Positions 11,255 to 23,897 of a stretch of DNA of 64,000 nt are shown piece after piece (positions within the stretch are counted from its first letter, which is position 1; each line of letters opens with the position of its first letter). The translations under genes were made by a program, and so were the position numbers. The stretch comes from Eledone cirrhosa (taxonomy: Eukaryota), in contig OZ024757.1 in assembly GCA_964016885.1 (NCBI GenBank), forward strand, positions 22,444,001 to 22,508,000. The letters run 5' to 3'. Below the pieces are notes generated by a model. That model was not told the DNA's origin. It did no database searches and saw only the letters and a list, made by a program, of their open reading frames with translations.

Positions 11255-11489
11255 ATGTATATATATAAATATATATATATGTGTGTGTGTGTGTATACAC
11301 ACACGAATATGCTAAGATTAGAAGTATCCTTGTATCCATTCACTTCTGTATACACATGCTTACATACATATATAGGCATAGACACAACCACGCATGTATG
11401 CACATACAAACATATACATATATTCAATCAGGGAAAAGTGGACGTATGATGATGATGATGATATACATGTAGATTAACACATACACATA

Positions 11490-11668
11490 TGAGCATCGGC
11501 TGAAGCCTTCATAGGCTGGCTATGAAAGAGAGATGCTAAAGCTGTGAAATCTTACATGCATTAATTTTAACTCTTCTGCGTTGGTTCTTTCCGTTGAAAA
11601 AATAAACCTCATTTGGTCATTCCTTGAGAGCATCTTGGTCAGCCTATGAACTTTTCAGCCGACCCTCA
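11490..11668. mobile_element. Mariner-like MITE with TA target-site duplication
   Basis: TA|TGAGCATCGGCTGAAGCCTTCATAGGCTGGC ... GTCAGCCTATGAACTTTTCAGCCGACCCTCA|TA; ~30-bp imperfect TIRs. Confidence 0.8.
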
Positions 11669-11722
11669 TACACATACATATAGACATACACATAGATATA
11701 TGCATACACTCCCCCCCACGTG

Positions 11723-11753
<31 letters not shown>

Positions 11754-12268
11754 ATGTGTGGGTGAGTGTGTGTTTATAAAAAAGACGAAGTGTTAGATAT
11801 TCATTACACACACATATATATATATATATATATTCAAACAAAATACGTGTACACACATGTGCACACACACAAACATGTATATGTACACACCTGTGCATAT
11901 ACATACACATACACAGTTATACATTTTGTTTGAAAAACAAAATGATTTAGTAGGACAAACATTTCAATGATTAGAGGTCCAATCAACTTTACAGAGTATA
12001 AATCAAATTTAATTACAAAGCTGACATTAAAATGATACAAATTCTCAACTAATATGTTTTATAAGAGGCATTATTGTGTCTGATGTTATCTGCAATGTCT
12101 CTCCACTCCTTCGTAATCAGAACAAACACAAGGCTTGTTATTCCACAACATTCTGTAATGGTTATAGCAGAAAATATCTAAAAGCTGGTTGATAATTTAA
12201 ATGTTTATAGTATCTTTATTAGTGAACAGATTGTTGTAAAGATTTGTACTATTAGAGAAAAACTTTGT

Positions 12269-12628
12269 TTAACCCTTTAGCATCCACATTATTTTATATA
12301 TACTATTATATTTTCATGGTAAAAGCTTTACCTCACATAATACCTGACATAATATTCACATTACTCTATATATACTATTATATTTTCATGGTAAAGGCTT
12401 TACCTCACATAATTATCTCACATAACATTCACATTACTCTATATATACTATTATATTTTCATGGTAAAGGCTTTACCTCACATAATATCGAATCTATGAG
12501 ATTTTGAAAGTATTTATTTTGAGAACAATACCTTAACATCAGTTTGAGCAGCCAGTTACAGCCAGTTTCAACAGAAAGAGGTAGAGAATTCTTGCTGGTT
12601 TTGGCCGGTTTGATCATTAAAGGGTTAA
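12269..12628 (+). mobile_element. piggyBac-like MITE family 1 (TTAA TSD) with an internal ~63-bp triplication
   Basis: TTAA|CCCTTTAGCAT ... ATTAAAGGG|TTAA; homologues at 12743-12959 (inverted) and 28522-28750. Confidence 0.85.
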
Positions 12629-12742
12629 TGTAATGCATTCATAGTGGTGTTTTATACTTTTCAAGAATGTCTTGTTATTTAAAAAAATTTAGTATCTTTA
12701 CTAGTGGACAAATTACTGTGAATATTTGTGCTATAGGATTTT

Positions 12743-12959
12743 TAACCCTTTACTGGCCGTATCTGGCCAGAATTCTCTCACTTCTTTCTGTTCAAATCGG
12801 CCATAACTGGTCGCTCATACTGATGTTAAGGTATTGTTCTCAAAATAAATAACATCAAAATCTCGTAGAATCGATATTATGTGCGATAATCATGTAACAA
12901 AGCCTTTACCGTGAAAATACAATAGTATATATAGAGTAATATAAATGCTAAAAGGTTAA
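12743..12959 (-). mobile_element. piggyBac-like MITE family 1, inverted copy
   Basis: TTAACCCTTTA ... ATGCTAAAAGGTTAA; reverse complement of the 12269 copy. Confidence 0.85.
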
Positions 12960-13079
12960 TGTGATGCAGTCATAGTGGTGTTTTATACTTTTCAAGAATG
13001 TCTTGCTAATTCAAATATTTTAGTATCTTTACTGAAGTAATAAAAACTTTAATTTTTAATTTGATGTAATCATAGTCCT

Positions 13080-13492
13080 CATCATCATCATCATTGTTTA
13101 ATGTCCATCTTCCACGCTTGCATGGGTTTGGACGGGAATTTTCCCACTTGAGGCAAGATTGGTTGTCTTGCTCGTATAGGACTGTCTGGTGGGTTTTCTA
13201 CGGCTGGATGCCCTTCCTAACACCAACCACGTTTACAGTGTGAACTGGGAGGTTTTTACCGTGTAACCTACACGGCCACATTACAGCGTGGACTGTGTGT
13301 TTTTTTATCGTGACACCTACACGACCTCATTTATTTCAGACTGGATGTTGTGGTACCAACATAACTTTAAATCGAAAGGGGTGGTGTGGATGGGGTGGGG
13401 GTAGTGGGACGTGGGTGTATTTTTGTTAAGAGGTGCCTACTGACTGTAGATTTCGCTTTGTACTTAGGCAAGGCGGGTCTTCTGTATTACTG
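13080..13492 (-). mobile_element. RTE LINE 3' end (subfamily of 55883-56885), 5'-truncated
   Basis: Near-identical to 55883-56283; (GAT)n tail. Confidence 0.9.
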
Positions 13493-14023
13493 CTTTATAA
13501 TATTCAGGAATGTCGTGCTAATATGCTTTCATGTGGTTTGTTAATTTAAAGGTTTATAGTATCTTCTGTAGTATTTGAGTAAATACTTTAATTTTAGAAT
13601 GTAATTGAATCACAGTGCTGCTTTGTACTTTTCAAAGAAGTCTTATTAACGGACAGAAATGATGTGATACAATCATAGTGTTGTTTTGCACTTCTCAAGA
13701 ATTAGTTGCTAATGCAGTTTCAGATGGTTTGTTAATCTAAATGTTTATAGTATCTTTACTCATAGACAGATTCATGCAAAGATTTGAAGTATTAGAGTAA
13801 AGACCTTAATTTTTCATTTAATACAGTCATAGTAATGTGTTGTACTTCTCAAGGATGTCTTGCTAATGTAGTTTCATGTGGTTTGATAATTTAAATGGCT
13901 ATTTCAATACATCTCTCTTGCTACTCTCCAGTGTAACATTATTTCCATTCTGTCTGCTGGGACCATGAGGTGGCTTCCACCTGGAGTTTTGTATGCCAGA
14001 GAACATTTTATCACATTGTCCTT

Positions 14024-14780
14024 CTTTGGGGTAGCATTCTCTAACATTGTCTGGATTTGTAACTTTGGGGTAGCTTTCTCTAACATTGTCTGGATTTGTA
14101 ACTTTGGGGTAGCTTTCTCTAACATTGTCTGGATTTGTAACTTTGGGGTAGCTTTCTCTAACATTGTCTGGATTTGTAACTTTGGGGTAGCTTTCTCTAA
14201 CATTGTCTGGATTTGTAACTTTGGGGTAGCTTTCTCTAACATTGTCTGGATTTGTAACTTTGGGGTAGCTTTCTCTAACATTGTCTGGATTTGTAACTTT
14301 GGGGTAGCTTTCTCTAACATTGTCTGGATTTGTAACTTTGGGGTAGCTTTCTCTAACATTGTCTGGATTTGTAACTTTGGGGTAGCTTTCTCTAACATTG
14401 TCTGGATTTGTAACTTTGGGGTAGCTTTCTCTAACATTGTCTGGATTTGTAACTTTGGGGTAGCTTTCTCTAACATTGTCTGGATTTGTAACTTTGGGGT
14501 AGCTATCTCTAACATTGTCTGGATTTGTAACTTTGGGGTAGCTTTCTCTAACATTGTCTGGATTTGTAACTTTGGGGTAGCTTTCTCTAACATTGTCTGG
14601 ATTTGTAACTTTGGGGTAGCTTTCTCTAACATTGTCTGGATTTGTAACTTTGGGGTAGCTTTCTCTAACATTGTCTGGATTTGTAACTTTGGGGTAGCTA
14701 TCTCTAACATTGTCTGGATTTGTAACTTTGGGGTAGCTTTCTCTAACATTGTCTGGATTTGTAACTTTGGGGTAGCTATC
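14024..14780. repeat. 39-bp minisatellite, 19 full units plus a partial unit (CTTTGGGGTAGCTTTCTCTAACATTGTCTGGATTTGTAA)
   Basis: Counted period 39, near-perfect; a T>A variant occurs in units 13, 18 and the final partial unit. Confidence 0.98.
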
Positions 14781-14939
14781 GTATAGGCTGCTTATATCTA
14801 TGACATCAGTCGACACACACAATACAAATTCTGCACACCAGAGAGTATGCTCCCACACTGTCCATGCCCGTATTTTTGTGGTAGTGATGGCACAGGTTGC
14901 TGATATCTATGACATCTGACCACATACAAACTCACATAT

Positions 14940-15300
14940 ACATCATCAGTATCATCGTTTAACGTCTATCTTCCACGCTAGCATGGGTTAGATGGGAATT
15001 GTCCCACTTGGGGCAAGATTGGTTGGGTGACAATGTCTCGCTCGTATAGGACTGTATCTGACAGGTTTTCTATGGTTGGATGCCCTTCCTAATACCAACC
15101 ACATTTACAGTGTGGACTGGGAGCCATTTTACTGTGTCTCCTTCACAACCACTTTACAGCGTGGCTGGGTACATTTTGTCGTGAGACCTACATAACCACT
15201 TTAGTGTGGACTGGATGTTCTGTGGTACCAACATAACTTTACAGAGAAAGGGTGGTGTTGGTGGGAGGATGGAGTAGGGGTAGTGGAGTGAAGTGTATAT
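14940..15300 (-). mobile_element. RTE LINE 3' UTR fragment
   Basis: CATCATCGTTTAACGTCTATCTTCCACGCTAGCATGGGTTAGA..GGATGCCCTTCCTAA. Confidence 0.85.
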
Positions 15301-15914
15301 TTGGTATATTTATATAGACATACACAGCAAGTGAGCTATCTTTTATCCCATTAATACCACCAGCCAAACAGTGTTACTGTGACATACCATAAATACCTTT
15401 AAGGATTTTAGTGAATTAAAGAGCAGAAGTTATTTCTAAAGTTTATGAATAAGGAACATAAGGGGTTCTTTTTTTAGAGAACTGAAGTTTTTTTTTAAGA
15501 TTAACATAACAGGCCTTTGCAGAATCTCCTTAAATCCCCACCCACCAGATAAAAAAAAACATTAAAATAAAATAAAATAAAATAAAATAAAATAAAATAA
15601 AAAAAAACTTGCCTCTCCCCTTGCAAAGGAAACTAACAGATAAGTAAAGAATCAAAGACAAATAAAATTAATAAAATATCAATAAAGGTCACAGCAACCT
15701 TCTGTAATTAACAATAACCCCAAATTTTAACTCCAGCCCATATCATGTTGCCAACTTCAGCCCGTTGTTGTGTTTTTGTTTAAAACAACCTTTTGGTATT
15801 TTAATTGTCCAGGTGAACATATAAATGCTGTTTCAGTTGTGTTGTAAAGCTTTCTTTCACTCTTGAAAGAAGAAAAGATTGCTCCATCATTATTATTATT
15901 ATTATTATTATTAC

Positions 15915-16330
15915 TAGAAAGTCGGACGCCATGCTTTGCAGCATAGAGTTACGGCCCTTTACAGTCTGAGTTCAATTCCTGCCGAGGTCAACTTAGCTTT
16001 TCATCCTTACGGGGTCGATAAAATAAAGTACCAGTAATGCACTGGGTAATTGCTGGCCTTGTGCCAAATGTAGAAACAATTATTATTTACGGGGTCGATA
16101 AAATAAAGTACCAGTAATGCACTGGGTAATTGCTGGCCTTGTGCCAAATGTAGAAACAATTATTATTTACGGGGTCGATAAAATAAAGTACCAGTAATGC
16201 ACTGGGTAATTGCTGGCCTTGTGCCAAATGTAGAAACAATTATTATTTACGGGGGTCGATAAAATAAAGTACCAGTAATGCACTGGGTATTTGCTGGCCT
16301 TGTCCCTAAAGTAGAAACAATTATTATTAT
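15915..16330 (+). mobile_element. SINE family B with its 3' 80 bp tandemly repeated four times
   Basis: TTACGGGGTCGATAAAATAAAGTACCAG..TAGAAACAATTATT at 16007, 16087, 16167 and 16247. Confidence 0.92.
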
Positions 16331-16639
16331 TATTGTTATTATTATTATGTCTTTTACATGTTATTTCCTTTTTTTTTTAAACAGGATAATCCCCTAATGC
16401 ACATTCCTAATGGATCGTTTACATTCAAATGTTGGGTAGTACAGGGCAGGGAAAGGGGTCACAAAATGATATAAATAAATAAATTAAAAGGATATGTGAT
16501 TTGAGAAGAGAAAGGGAAGGGGGAAATGGTGGGGGAGAGCAGTTGGTGAAGGAACGGGTGATATATATATATATACATCACTCCTTCCTTCTCTCGTTCT
16601 TTCTCACCCACTGCTCTCCCCCACCATTTCCCCCTTCCC

Positions 16640-16840
16640 ATATAAGGAAGTACCCCTTGACAAGTTCGGCTATTTATTTACCAGGATAAAAATTCTAATT
16701 TAGTCCAGAACTAGCCGTCGAAACGGTTTGAGCTCTGCCGTCGGGGTCTTACTTTTTCTTATTACTCACTCTACTGCTCTAAGTATTGAGTACTCTGGTG
16801 TGTTGTGGTCCATCTGGTTCCTTACCACATTTTCTTCGTT
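16640..16840 (+). mobile_element. PLE-like insert; rearranged (inverted) copy at 29517-29667
   Basis: Shared GTCGAAACGG(T/C)TTGAGCTCTGCCGTCGGGGTCT and GGTCCATCTGGTTCCTTACCACA. Confidence 0.7.
16652..16747 (+). ncRNA. Type I hammerhead motif with full stem III and GUC site; core decayed (CTGACGA>TTGACAA)
   Basis: ACCCC-TTGACAA-..CGGCTA..TAGCCG..-GAAA-CGGT..GCCG-TC-GGGGT. Confidence 0.65.
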
Positions 16841-17456
16841 ATATATATATATACACATATATGAAAGACGTTTTGAAAATTTTCTTATTTTACGTCTTTC
16901 ATATAATTGTTCTGCATCCCCCTGCATAGAACCACAAAGGTACTAAGACATAACATATATATTTGCTAGCATGAGTATACATCTGTATACATATGTTGGT
17001 AGATATACTAATTCTCTATATATACACATATATATATAAATATATATACAAAGTGAGAGAGAGAAAGAGAGATTATGAGAAAGAAGGTGAAAGAGACAAA
17101 AGCAAGAAGGGGACATTGAGAAAGAGAACATATATGAGAGAGAAAGATGGAGAGTGTGTGTGAATGTGTGCCCGCATGTGTGTGTGTGTGTGTGTGTGTG
17201 TGTGAGTCAGTATATGTGTGTCAGAGTATAAATATATATGTTAGTGTGTGTGTAAAATAGATTGTATATGTGGAGTGTGTGTGTGTGTGTGTGTGTGAAC
17301 ATGCATATGAAAGAGGAAGTTGTGTTTGGGAGAGAGAGAAAAAGAGTGAGAATGGTTTCTTTCTATTCTGAGTTTGAACCTTTCCATGATCAACTGAACC
17401 TTTCATCATTCAAGGGGTCATAAAATAGACCCCAATATTTGAGTAGTTGTAGCCTT

Positions 17457-17610
17457 TAACCCTTTTGTTACCATATTTCAAATAAAAAACACTGCGTATG
17501 ATTTTCAAATAATTTTGAAAATAATCAAGAAATTTGTAATGATTTAGTAATAAAACTTTCTCATGATCAAACTGGTATTTGAGACACGACGAAGGTTCTT
17601 CCATAAAATA
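17457..17610 (+). mobile_element. piggyBac-like MITE family 2, 5' part
   Basis: TTAACCCTTTTGTTACCATATTTC..TTTTGAAAATAATCAAGAAATTT; also at 58557-59345, 61500-61735 and 22410-22750. Confidence 0.65.
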
Positions 17611-17689
17611 AGGCACTGATCAAATATTGGGGCTGGTTTAATTGACTGTAGCCCTTCCTATTATTATTGTTATTGTTGTTATTATTATT

Positions 17690-19045
17690 ATTAGGTTAGC
17701 TTTGCCTTTCATCCTTACAGGGTCAGGGTTGATAAAATAAAGCACCAGTAATGCACTGAGGTCAATTTAATTGACTTTCCCCTCCACCCAAAATTGTTGG
17801 CCTTGTACTTAAATCAGTATTTGTTCTTGCCCTTCAAACCTCAAATTCTGCTGAGGTTAACTATGCCTGTTAACCCTTTAGTGTTGATAAAATAAAGTAC
17901 CAGTCAAGTATTGGGCTCATTACAATCAACTGTTCCCCCTCCCCCAAATTTGTAGCCTATTATTATATAATTGTTTCTACGTTTGGCACAAGGCCAGCAA
18001 TTACCCAGTACATTACTGGTACTTTATTTTATCAACCCCGTAAGGATGAAAGGCAAAGTTAACCTCGGCGGGATTTGAACTCAGAATGGTAAGGGCCGTA
18101 ACTCTATGCGTCAAAGCATGCCGTCCGACCCTCTACCGATACTGCCAATCCACCACCCTATTATTATATAATGTAATATAAGAAATCCCTATTATTATTA
18201 TTACTAAAAGTGGGTGTGATAGATGAGCATGGTCCCTGTGAATGGGCCTGCTCTAAGTATGGGTCTGAAAATTGGGGGAGGACAACTGAGAGAGGCCATT
18301 TGCTCTAGTAGTCAAGGTTACCATGGCTTTTTGTGGGCTTCCTCCATGAGTGACCTTCGAAGGTATCTCCATTTTTGGGGAATTTGTTATGTTTTGGTTT
18401 TTTAAATGTTTATTTTTTAATCTTCATTTTAAACCTTTCTCTCACACTGTATCGTCCTGTACCATCTTTATTGTCCTTTTAATGTAAGCCCTGTCTGGTT
18501 AATATATAAACCATTATTATTATTATTATATACATATATTATGCACTGGGGGTCAATTTAATCAACTTTGCCCTCCCTCCGAAATCACAAATCATTATTA
18601 TATACATATATAGGGCTGTGGATTGGCAGTATCGGTAGAGGGTCGGACGCCATGCTTTGAAGCATACAGTTACGGCCCTTGCCATTCTGAGTTCAAATCC
18701 CGCCGAGGTTAACGTTGCCTTTCATCCTTACGGGGTTCAATAAAATAAAGTACCAGTAATACACTGGGATAATTGCTGGCCTTGTGCCAAAAGTAGAAAC
18801 AATTATTATATACATATATATTGTTTTTCACACACAAAAACCCAGACAATATCATCCTGTGCTGTCTCTATTGTTTGCTTAACGTCAGCCCTGCACAGAT
18901 AATAAAGAAACCACCATATCCCGCTAAGGTTAACATTGCCTTTCAACCTTATTGGGTCAATAAAGTGAAGTACCAGTAATGCACTGAGGTCGCTTTAATT
19001 GACTTTCCCTTCCCCAAAAATTATTGACCTTATGCCTAAATCATT
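17690..19045. mobile_element. SINE family B cluster: full copies 17968-18160 (-) and 18612-18808 (+), plus partial copies
   Basis: GGATTGGCAGTATCGGTAGAG..GAGTTCAAATCCCGCCGAGGTTAAC.TTGCCTTTCATCCTTACGGGG..AAAATAAAGTACCAG..(ATT)n. Confidence 0.9.
18205..18515 (+). mobile_element. Degenerate L1/Tx1-like LINE 3' end
   Basis: ATGGTCCCTGTGAATGGGCCT resembles ATGGCCCGTGTGAATGGGCCT at 24882, with a similar terminal GCCCTG..GG..AAT. Confidence 0.5.
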
Positions 19046-19555
19046 ATTATTATTGTCATTTATGATGATTATTGTATTTTTTAAAAGTATCTTCCATTAA
19101 TATTAATGGTCGTTTTTCAAAGGAATGGAGCATGGAGAATTTGTGATATGAAACCTGATTGTCAAACCCTTGATGGTAACCAACTACATTTTCAATATTG
19201 TCTCAGATACAAATGAGAAGTTTTAATTAGTGATTCTCCAGTGAGAGAAACATGTTCTTTAGGGTGAGAAATTACCACTTCATTAACCTTATTTCATTTA
19301 TTATATTAGTGATTGCTTCCAGAGATAGAGGAACATTATAAAAGTCCCTTTACAACATCACAAAGTAATAAAGACAAAAATGAATTATAAAATAACATGA
19401 GAAAGGTCCATTAACTACTTCCGTAATACACACTGTTCAATTAGATATTCCCTTTATAAAATAACTGGCTTGTTATTAGTTATTACTATTATTATATGCA
19501 AGAGTGGAAAAGCAAACATAAAAGCGCTATATATATATATATATATATATATATA

Positions 19556-19937
19556 CGCATGGCTTAGTGGTTAGAGCATTGGGCTTGCAATCGAAAGGTT
19601 GCGAGTTCAATTCTCAGACCGGGTGATGTGTTGTTTCCTTGAGCAAGACACTTTAGTTCTCATTGCTCCAGTTTACTCAGCTGTAGAAATGAGATGATAG
19701 GACTGGGGTCCCTATCAATCCACTGTAAAGTGGTCGTGGAGGTGCCACAGCATAAAAGCACCCAGCCCACACTGTAAAGTGGACGTGTAGGCGCCACGGG
19801 AAAAAAAAAGCACCCAGCACTCACTGTAAATAAGGTTGGTGTTAGGAAGGGCATCCAGCAGTAGAAATCAACCCAGAATCAGTTCCTGTCCCACCCTTGC
19901 AAGCAGGGAAAAGCGGATGTAAAATGATGATGATGAT
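19556..19937 (+). mobile_element. tRNA-derived SINE family A (short tail)
   Basis: A and B boxes, body and CCCACCCTTGCAAGCAGGGAAAAGCGGA..(GAT)n. Confidence 0.92.
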
Positions 19938-19968
19938 TAGTTTTACGCTTGATATAGTAGGAAAAGAG

Positions 19969-20004
19969 TCTTAACGTTTCGGACGCTAGTTCTTCATCAG
20001 AAAA
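19969..20004 (-). ncRNA. Minimal hammerhead ribozyme motif
   Basis: TTTT-CTGATGA-AGAACTAGCGTCC-GAAA-CG-TT-AAGA. Confidence 0.65.
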
Positions 20005-20514
20005 TAAAGAAGTAATATAAAGATAAAGGAGACAGGGCAGTGGCAGAAACGAAAAATATTCTTTGAGAACAAAACAACTATCTCATATATGTATATGGAT
20101 TTCTTTCTTGCATTTATCTCCCTATACCAATTTTTCTCAATCTGTAGTCCAAGAAACCCAGCATTCTACGAAAGCTTTCCAGTATTTAGTGAGATAACGA
20201 GTCTTAATAAAGTTTAACAAATAGTAATTACGTTTTCTAGTGTTATTTTTTTACATGCTACATGTATATATGTATGTATGGACCTCTAACTCGTGGTAGA
20301 GCTTATCCCATCATGTCTGAACCCAACTTAGAGAGAGAGAGAGAGAAGATGAATCAACCTCAGTATCAGATTAATATGTTTTTTTATCTCTAAAACATGA
20401 AAGTCACAATTGACCTCAGTATGGTTTGAACACAGAGTACAAAGAGCTGGAACAAATACTGCAAAGCATTCTATCCGACATTCTAATAGTTCTGCCAATG
20501 CACAAACTATCATT

Positions 20515-20915
20515 GTCATCATCATCATCATTTTACGCCCGTTTTTCCATACTTTCATGGGTTTGATGGGTCCTTTTCAGCACAGCATCTCCCCACTAAC
20601 TGCGTTTCTTTGTCATCTCCTCTATGAGTTTCAGCAATTTGAGATCAGCTCTCACCACCTCAGCCTAGGTCTTCCTTTGTCTACCTCTACTATGTCTCCC
20701 TTCCACTGGGATTTCGTCCAAGCTCTGCCATTCATTCACATTTACATTGTATATCCACTGAAGCATAGCTGCTTCATGTCTCTCCAGTCTACACATGTCC
20801 TCTGCAGTCACAGCCCATGTTTCACTATCACGCGACATTGCACTTTGCACACAGGCGTCATACAGTCATCCTTTTTATTTTTACATAGTGAAAATTTTCT
20901 TGTTGTCACCAGTGG
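20515..20915 (-). mobile_element. Degenerate RTE LINE 3' fragment
   Basis: Translation shows SETWAVTAEDMCRLERHEAAMLQW..GRQRKT; (GAT)n tail. Confidence 0.8.
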
Positions 20916-21550
20916 GTGTATAAAATTTATATAATTATATATATATATTGTATATAAATTATATACAGATTAGGCTGTTAGTAAGGTGGTTGACGATAAG
21001 AAAGAGGAACCACCCTAAGAAAATTTATTAAAAGAGGGCTGAGACAACTCTACAGCTGTGTCAAAAACATGACCACCGCTCTAGTGTTAGCGCCATCATA
21101 AAAAGTACCCTGTAATCTCTGTAAAGTAGGTGAACATATGTAAACAAGATGGCGTATATGAGAGGTCATTGACTCTGGCTAAGTACTAACCTGGACAATG
21201 GTGACCTTTTTAACCTTAGCTAGCAGAGAAAACAGACATTAAATCATGATGATGATGATGATGATTTCAACATTCAGATCTACACATGGTTATTTGAAAT
21301 ATCAAAGTGTGAAGTCATTTCAACTTTGTCTTTTTACTTATAGATGTTTCCAAATGCAGCTTCAAGATTGTCATGTTAAATATAGTTTGTGAGATAATAT
21401 CATGGAGTGTCATACTGTTAACTTATGGAGACTTCTATCTAACAATGACAGGGAAATAAATAAAGAAATAAAAACAATGTGTTTTCTTTTGTTTTGCATT
21501 TCCTTTGTAGTCTATGAAGATTGAAGATTTGAACAGCAGGTGTGTGTATG

Positions 21551-21605
<55 letters not shown>

Positions 21606-21622
21606 AGAGAGTGAGAGACACA

Positions 21623-21669
<47 letters not shown>

Positions 21670-22827
21670 TCACACACATACATATATAATTGTGTGTGTA
21701 GAGAGAGTGAGAGACACACATATATATATATGTGTATATATATATACTCACACACATACATATATATGTGTGTGTGTGTGTTAGTAGCTGGTAGTGTGAA
21801 TGCATGTATGTATAACTTATTGTTTCTATGTATGTACATATATGAGTGTGTATAACTGTCTGCTTAAGATAAATCTCCTTCTCACCATGTACTTACATAT
21901 ATGTGTCTGTGTGTGTGTTTGTATGTTTGTGTATATGGAGAGAGAGAGAGAGAGAGAGTTGAAAATAATATATTAGAGAAAAAATGGGTAAAGTGGGAGA
22001 GAGAAGTTTCAAACACACACAGACATCTTCCCACACACACACATACCCACAAAGACACCCATACTAACAAACACATACACACATGGGGAGAGATATATGG
22101 TGAAAGTCAACTCATGTTGATATACTACCTATTTAAATATAGACAATACTTCCTAAGCCTTTCATGATCATGTTACTAATGAAATACACTCCATTTCAAT
22201 TACCATTTATACTCAAACATACACAGGGGAATATGTGACCCCCAAAAAAATCGATGGTCGAGGGGGGGGGGGGAGAGGCTTATATTCAGGGTCAATATTT
22301 TGACGATATCACCAACTTAAAATTCTATGTAAATAAAGTTTGGATTTTTGCCCAATTCTTAGACATAAAATAGTGGGGTCAGCTTCTATTTGAGTATAGA
22401 GATTAATTAATGAAGAGGTTTGAGGGATTTACTAAAACTATTAATTATTTCATTACTATGATTAATTAAATTTTGTCTATTTTTATTTCTATATTCACTT
22501 ATCTCTGTCTATTAATTTCTTTGTTTCTCAACTGTAAGAAGTACTAAATACTTCACTTAGTTTGTCAGGGCTTACTAGCTCTATACGGACGTTTAAATTG
22601 ACCAAATATATAGATAAATGAATAAATAACATGGTTCTTATATAAAATTATGTTGGAAGATATTAAATGAAAAAGGAACACTTTAAATTGGGTGGTTTGT
22701 TTCATAGGACTAAAGGTAGATTTGGTAGTGTTAGTATAGAAAGGGTTAATGAAGAATTTTATGGATTTATTAAACTATTAATTATTTCATAACTAAGGTA
22801 ATAACTGAACATGTTATTTTAAATTAT

Positions 22828-22950
22828 GTCTGAGTTCAAATCACGCCGAGGTTAACTTTGCCTTTCATCCTTGGGGAGTCGATAAAATAAAGTACCAGTA
22901 ATACACTGGGATAATTGCTGGCCTTGTGCCAAAAGTAGAAATAATTATTT
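22828..22950 (+). mobile_element. SINE family B, 5'-truncated
   Basis: GAGTTCAAATCACGCCGAGGTTAACTTTGCCTTTCATCC. Confidence 0.85.
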
Positions 22951-23700
22951 TAAATTATGTAGGAAGATATTTGATAGAAACCATTTAAAATGGTTGGTTT
23001 TGTTTGATAAAAACGAGAGCCAGTTTTGGCGCGGTATGTATCAAAAGAGTTTTAAATGAGGCCCTTAATGCCAGATGGGAGAAATAATTAAATATGGTTC
23101 TAATATAAAATTATGTTGGAAGATTTTAATTTAAATAGGAACGATATAAAATGGATGGTTTTGTTTGGCCAGGTTAGTAACAAATTGTTTTAAATGTGGC
23201 CATTTAAATTTGACAGATAGCATCTTATGAAAGCCTGAACACAGCTGAGAGTGGCAAAACAGTAAAGAAGAAAGAGATATGGAGGAGGGAACACAACACC
23301 CTCAGTATAAAACAAGTACTTTAACAACTCTGAAAAGAGGAAAAGAGAAATCGACTGTAGCAAAGTTTGATCTCAGGGTGCAGAGAGTCAGAAGAAATAA
23401 TGCAGAACATTCTAACTTGCATAATAATGGCTGCAACTTTGACATATGCAGGCAAATGCAAACACACATGCACACATCATTTAAAGCATTAGTAACTAAG
23501 CATTCCATTCCTAAATGAAATCAAAATTGGATGTTTTAATTGTCCTGTTTTGTCAATGTTTTTTTACTTCTTGCCCCTCTCTCTCTCTCAATGTATACTT
23601 CTTTCTGTCTCTCTCACTCTTTTACTCAATCTCTCTTTGACTCAACATATATATGTGTGTGTATATTATTTTCTTTCATTTAATTGCTCTCTCTCTCTAT

Positions 23701-23739
<39 letters not shown>

Positions 23740-23813
23740 GACCATAAAATCACATTGAGCTTTAAAATATTCTTTGCCTTTATATGGTTGTATTATCAAC
23801 TCATCTAAACTAT

Positions 23814-23897
<84 letters not shown>

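Larger units (their letters stand above)
12180..13900. repeat. Old degenerate tandem repeat (CATAGTGGTGTTTTATACTTTTCAAGAATGTCTTGCTAAT..ATGTTTATAGTATCTTT) interrupted by MITEs and an RTE tail
   Basis: The motif recurs at ~12190, 12640, 12970, 13510, 13610, 13675 and 13830. Confidence 0.65.

Noticed and set aside
14024-14780. CRISPR-like array (39-bp repeats)
   Set aside because: Units are head-to-tail with no unique spacers, there are no cas genes, and the context is eukaryotic.
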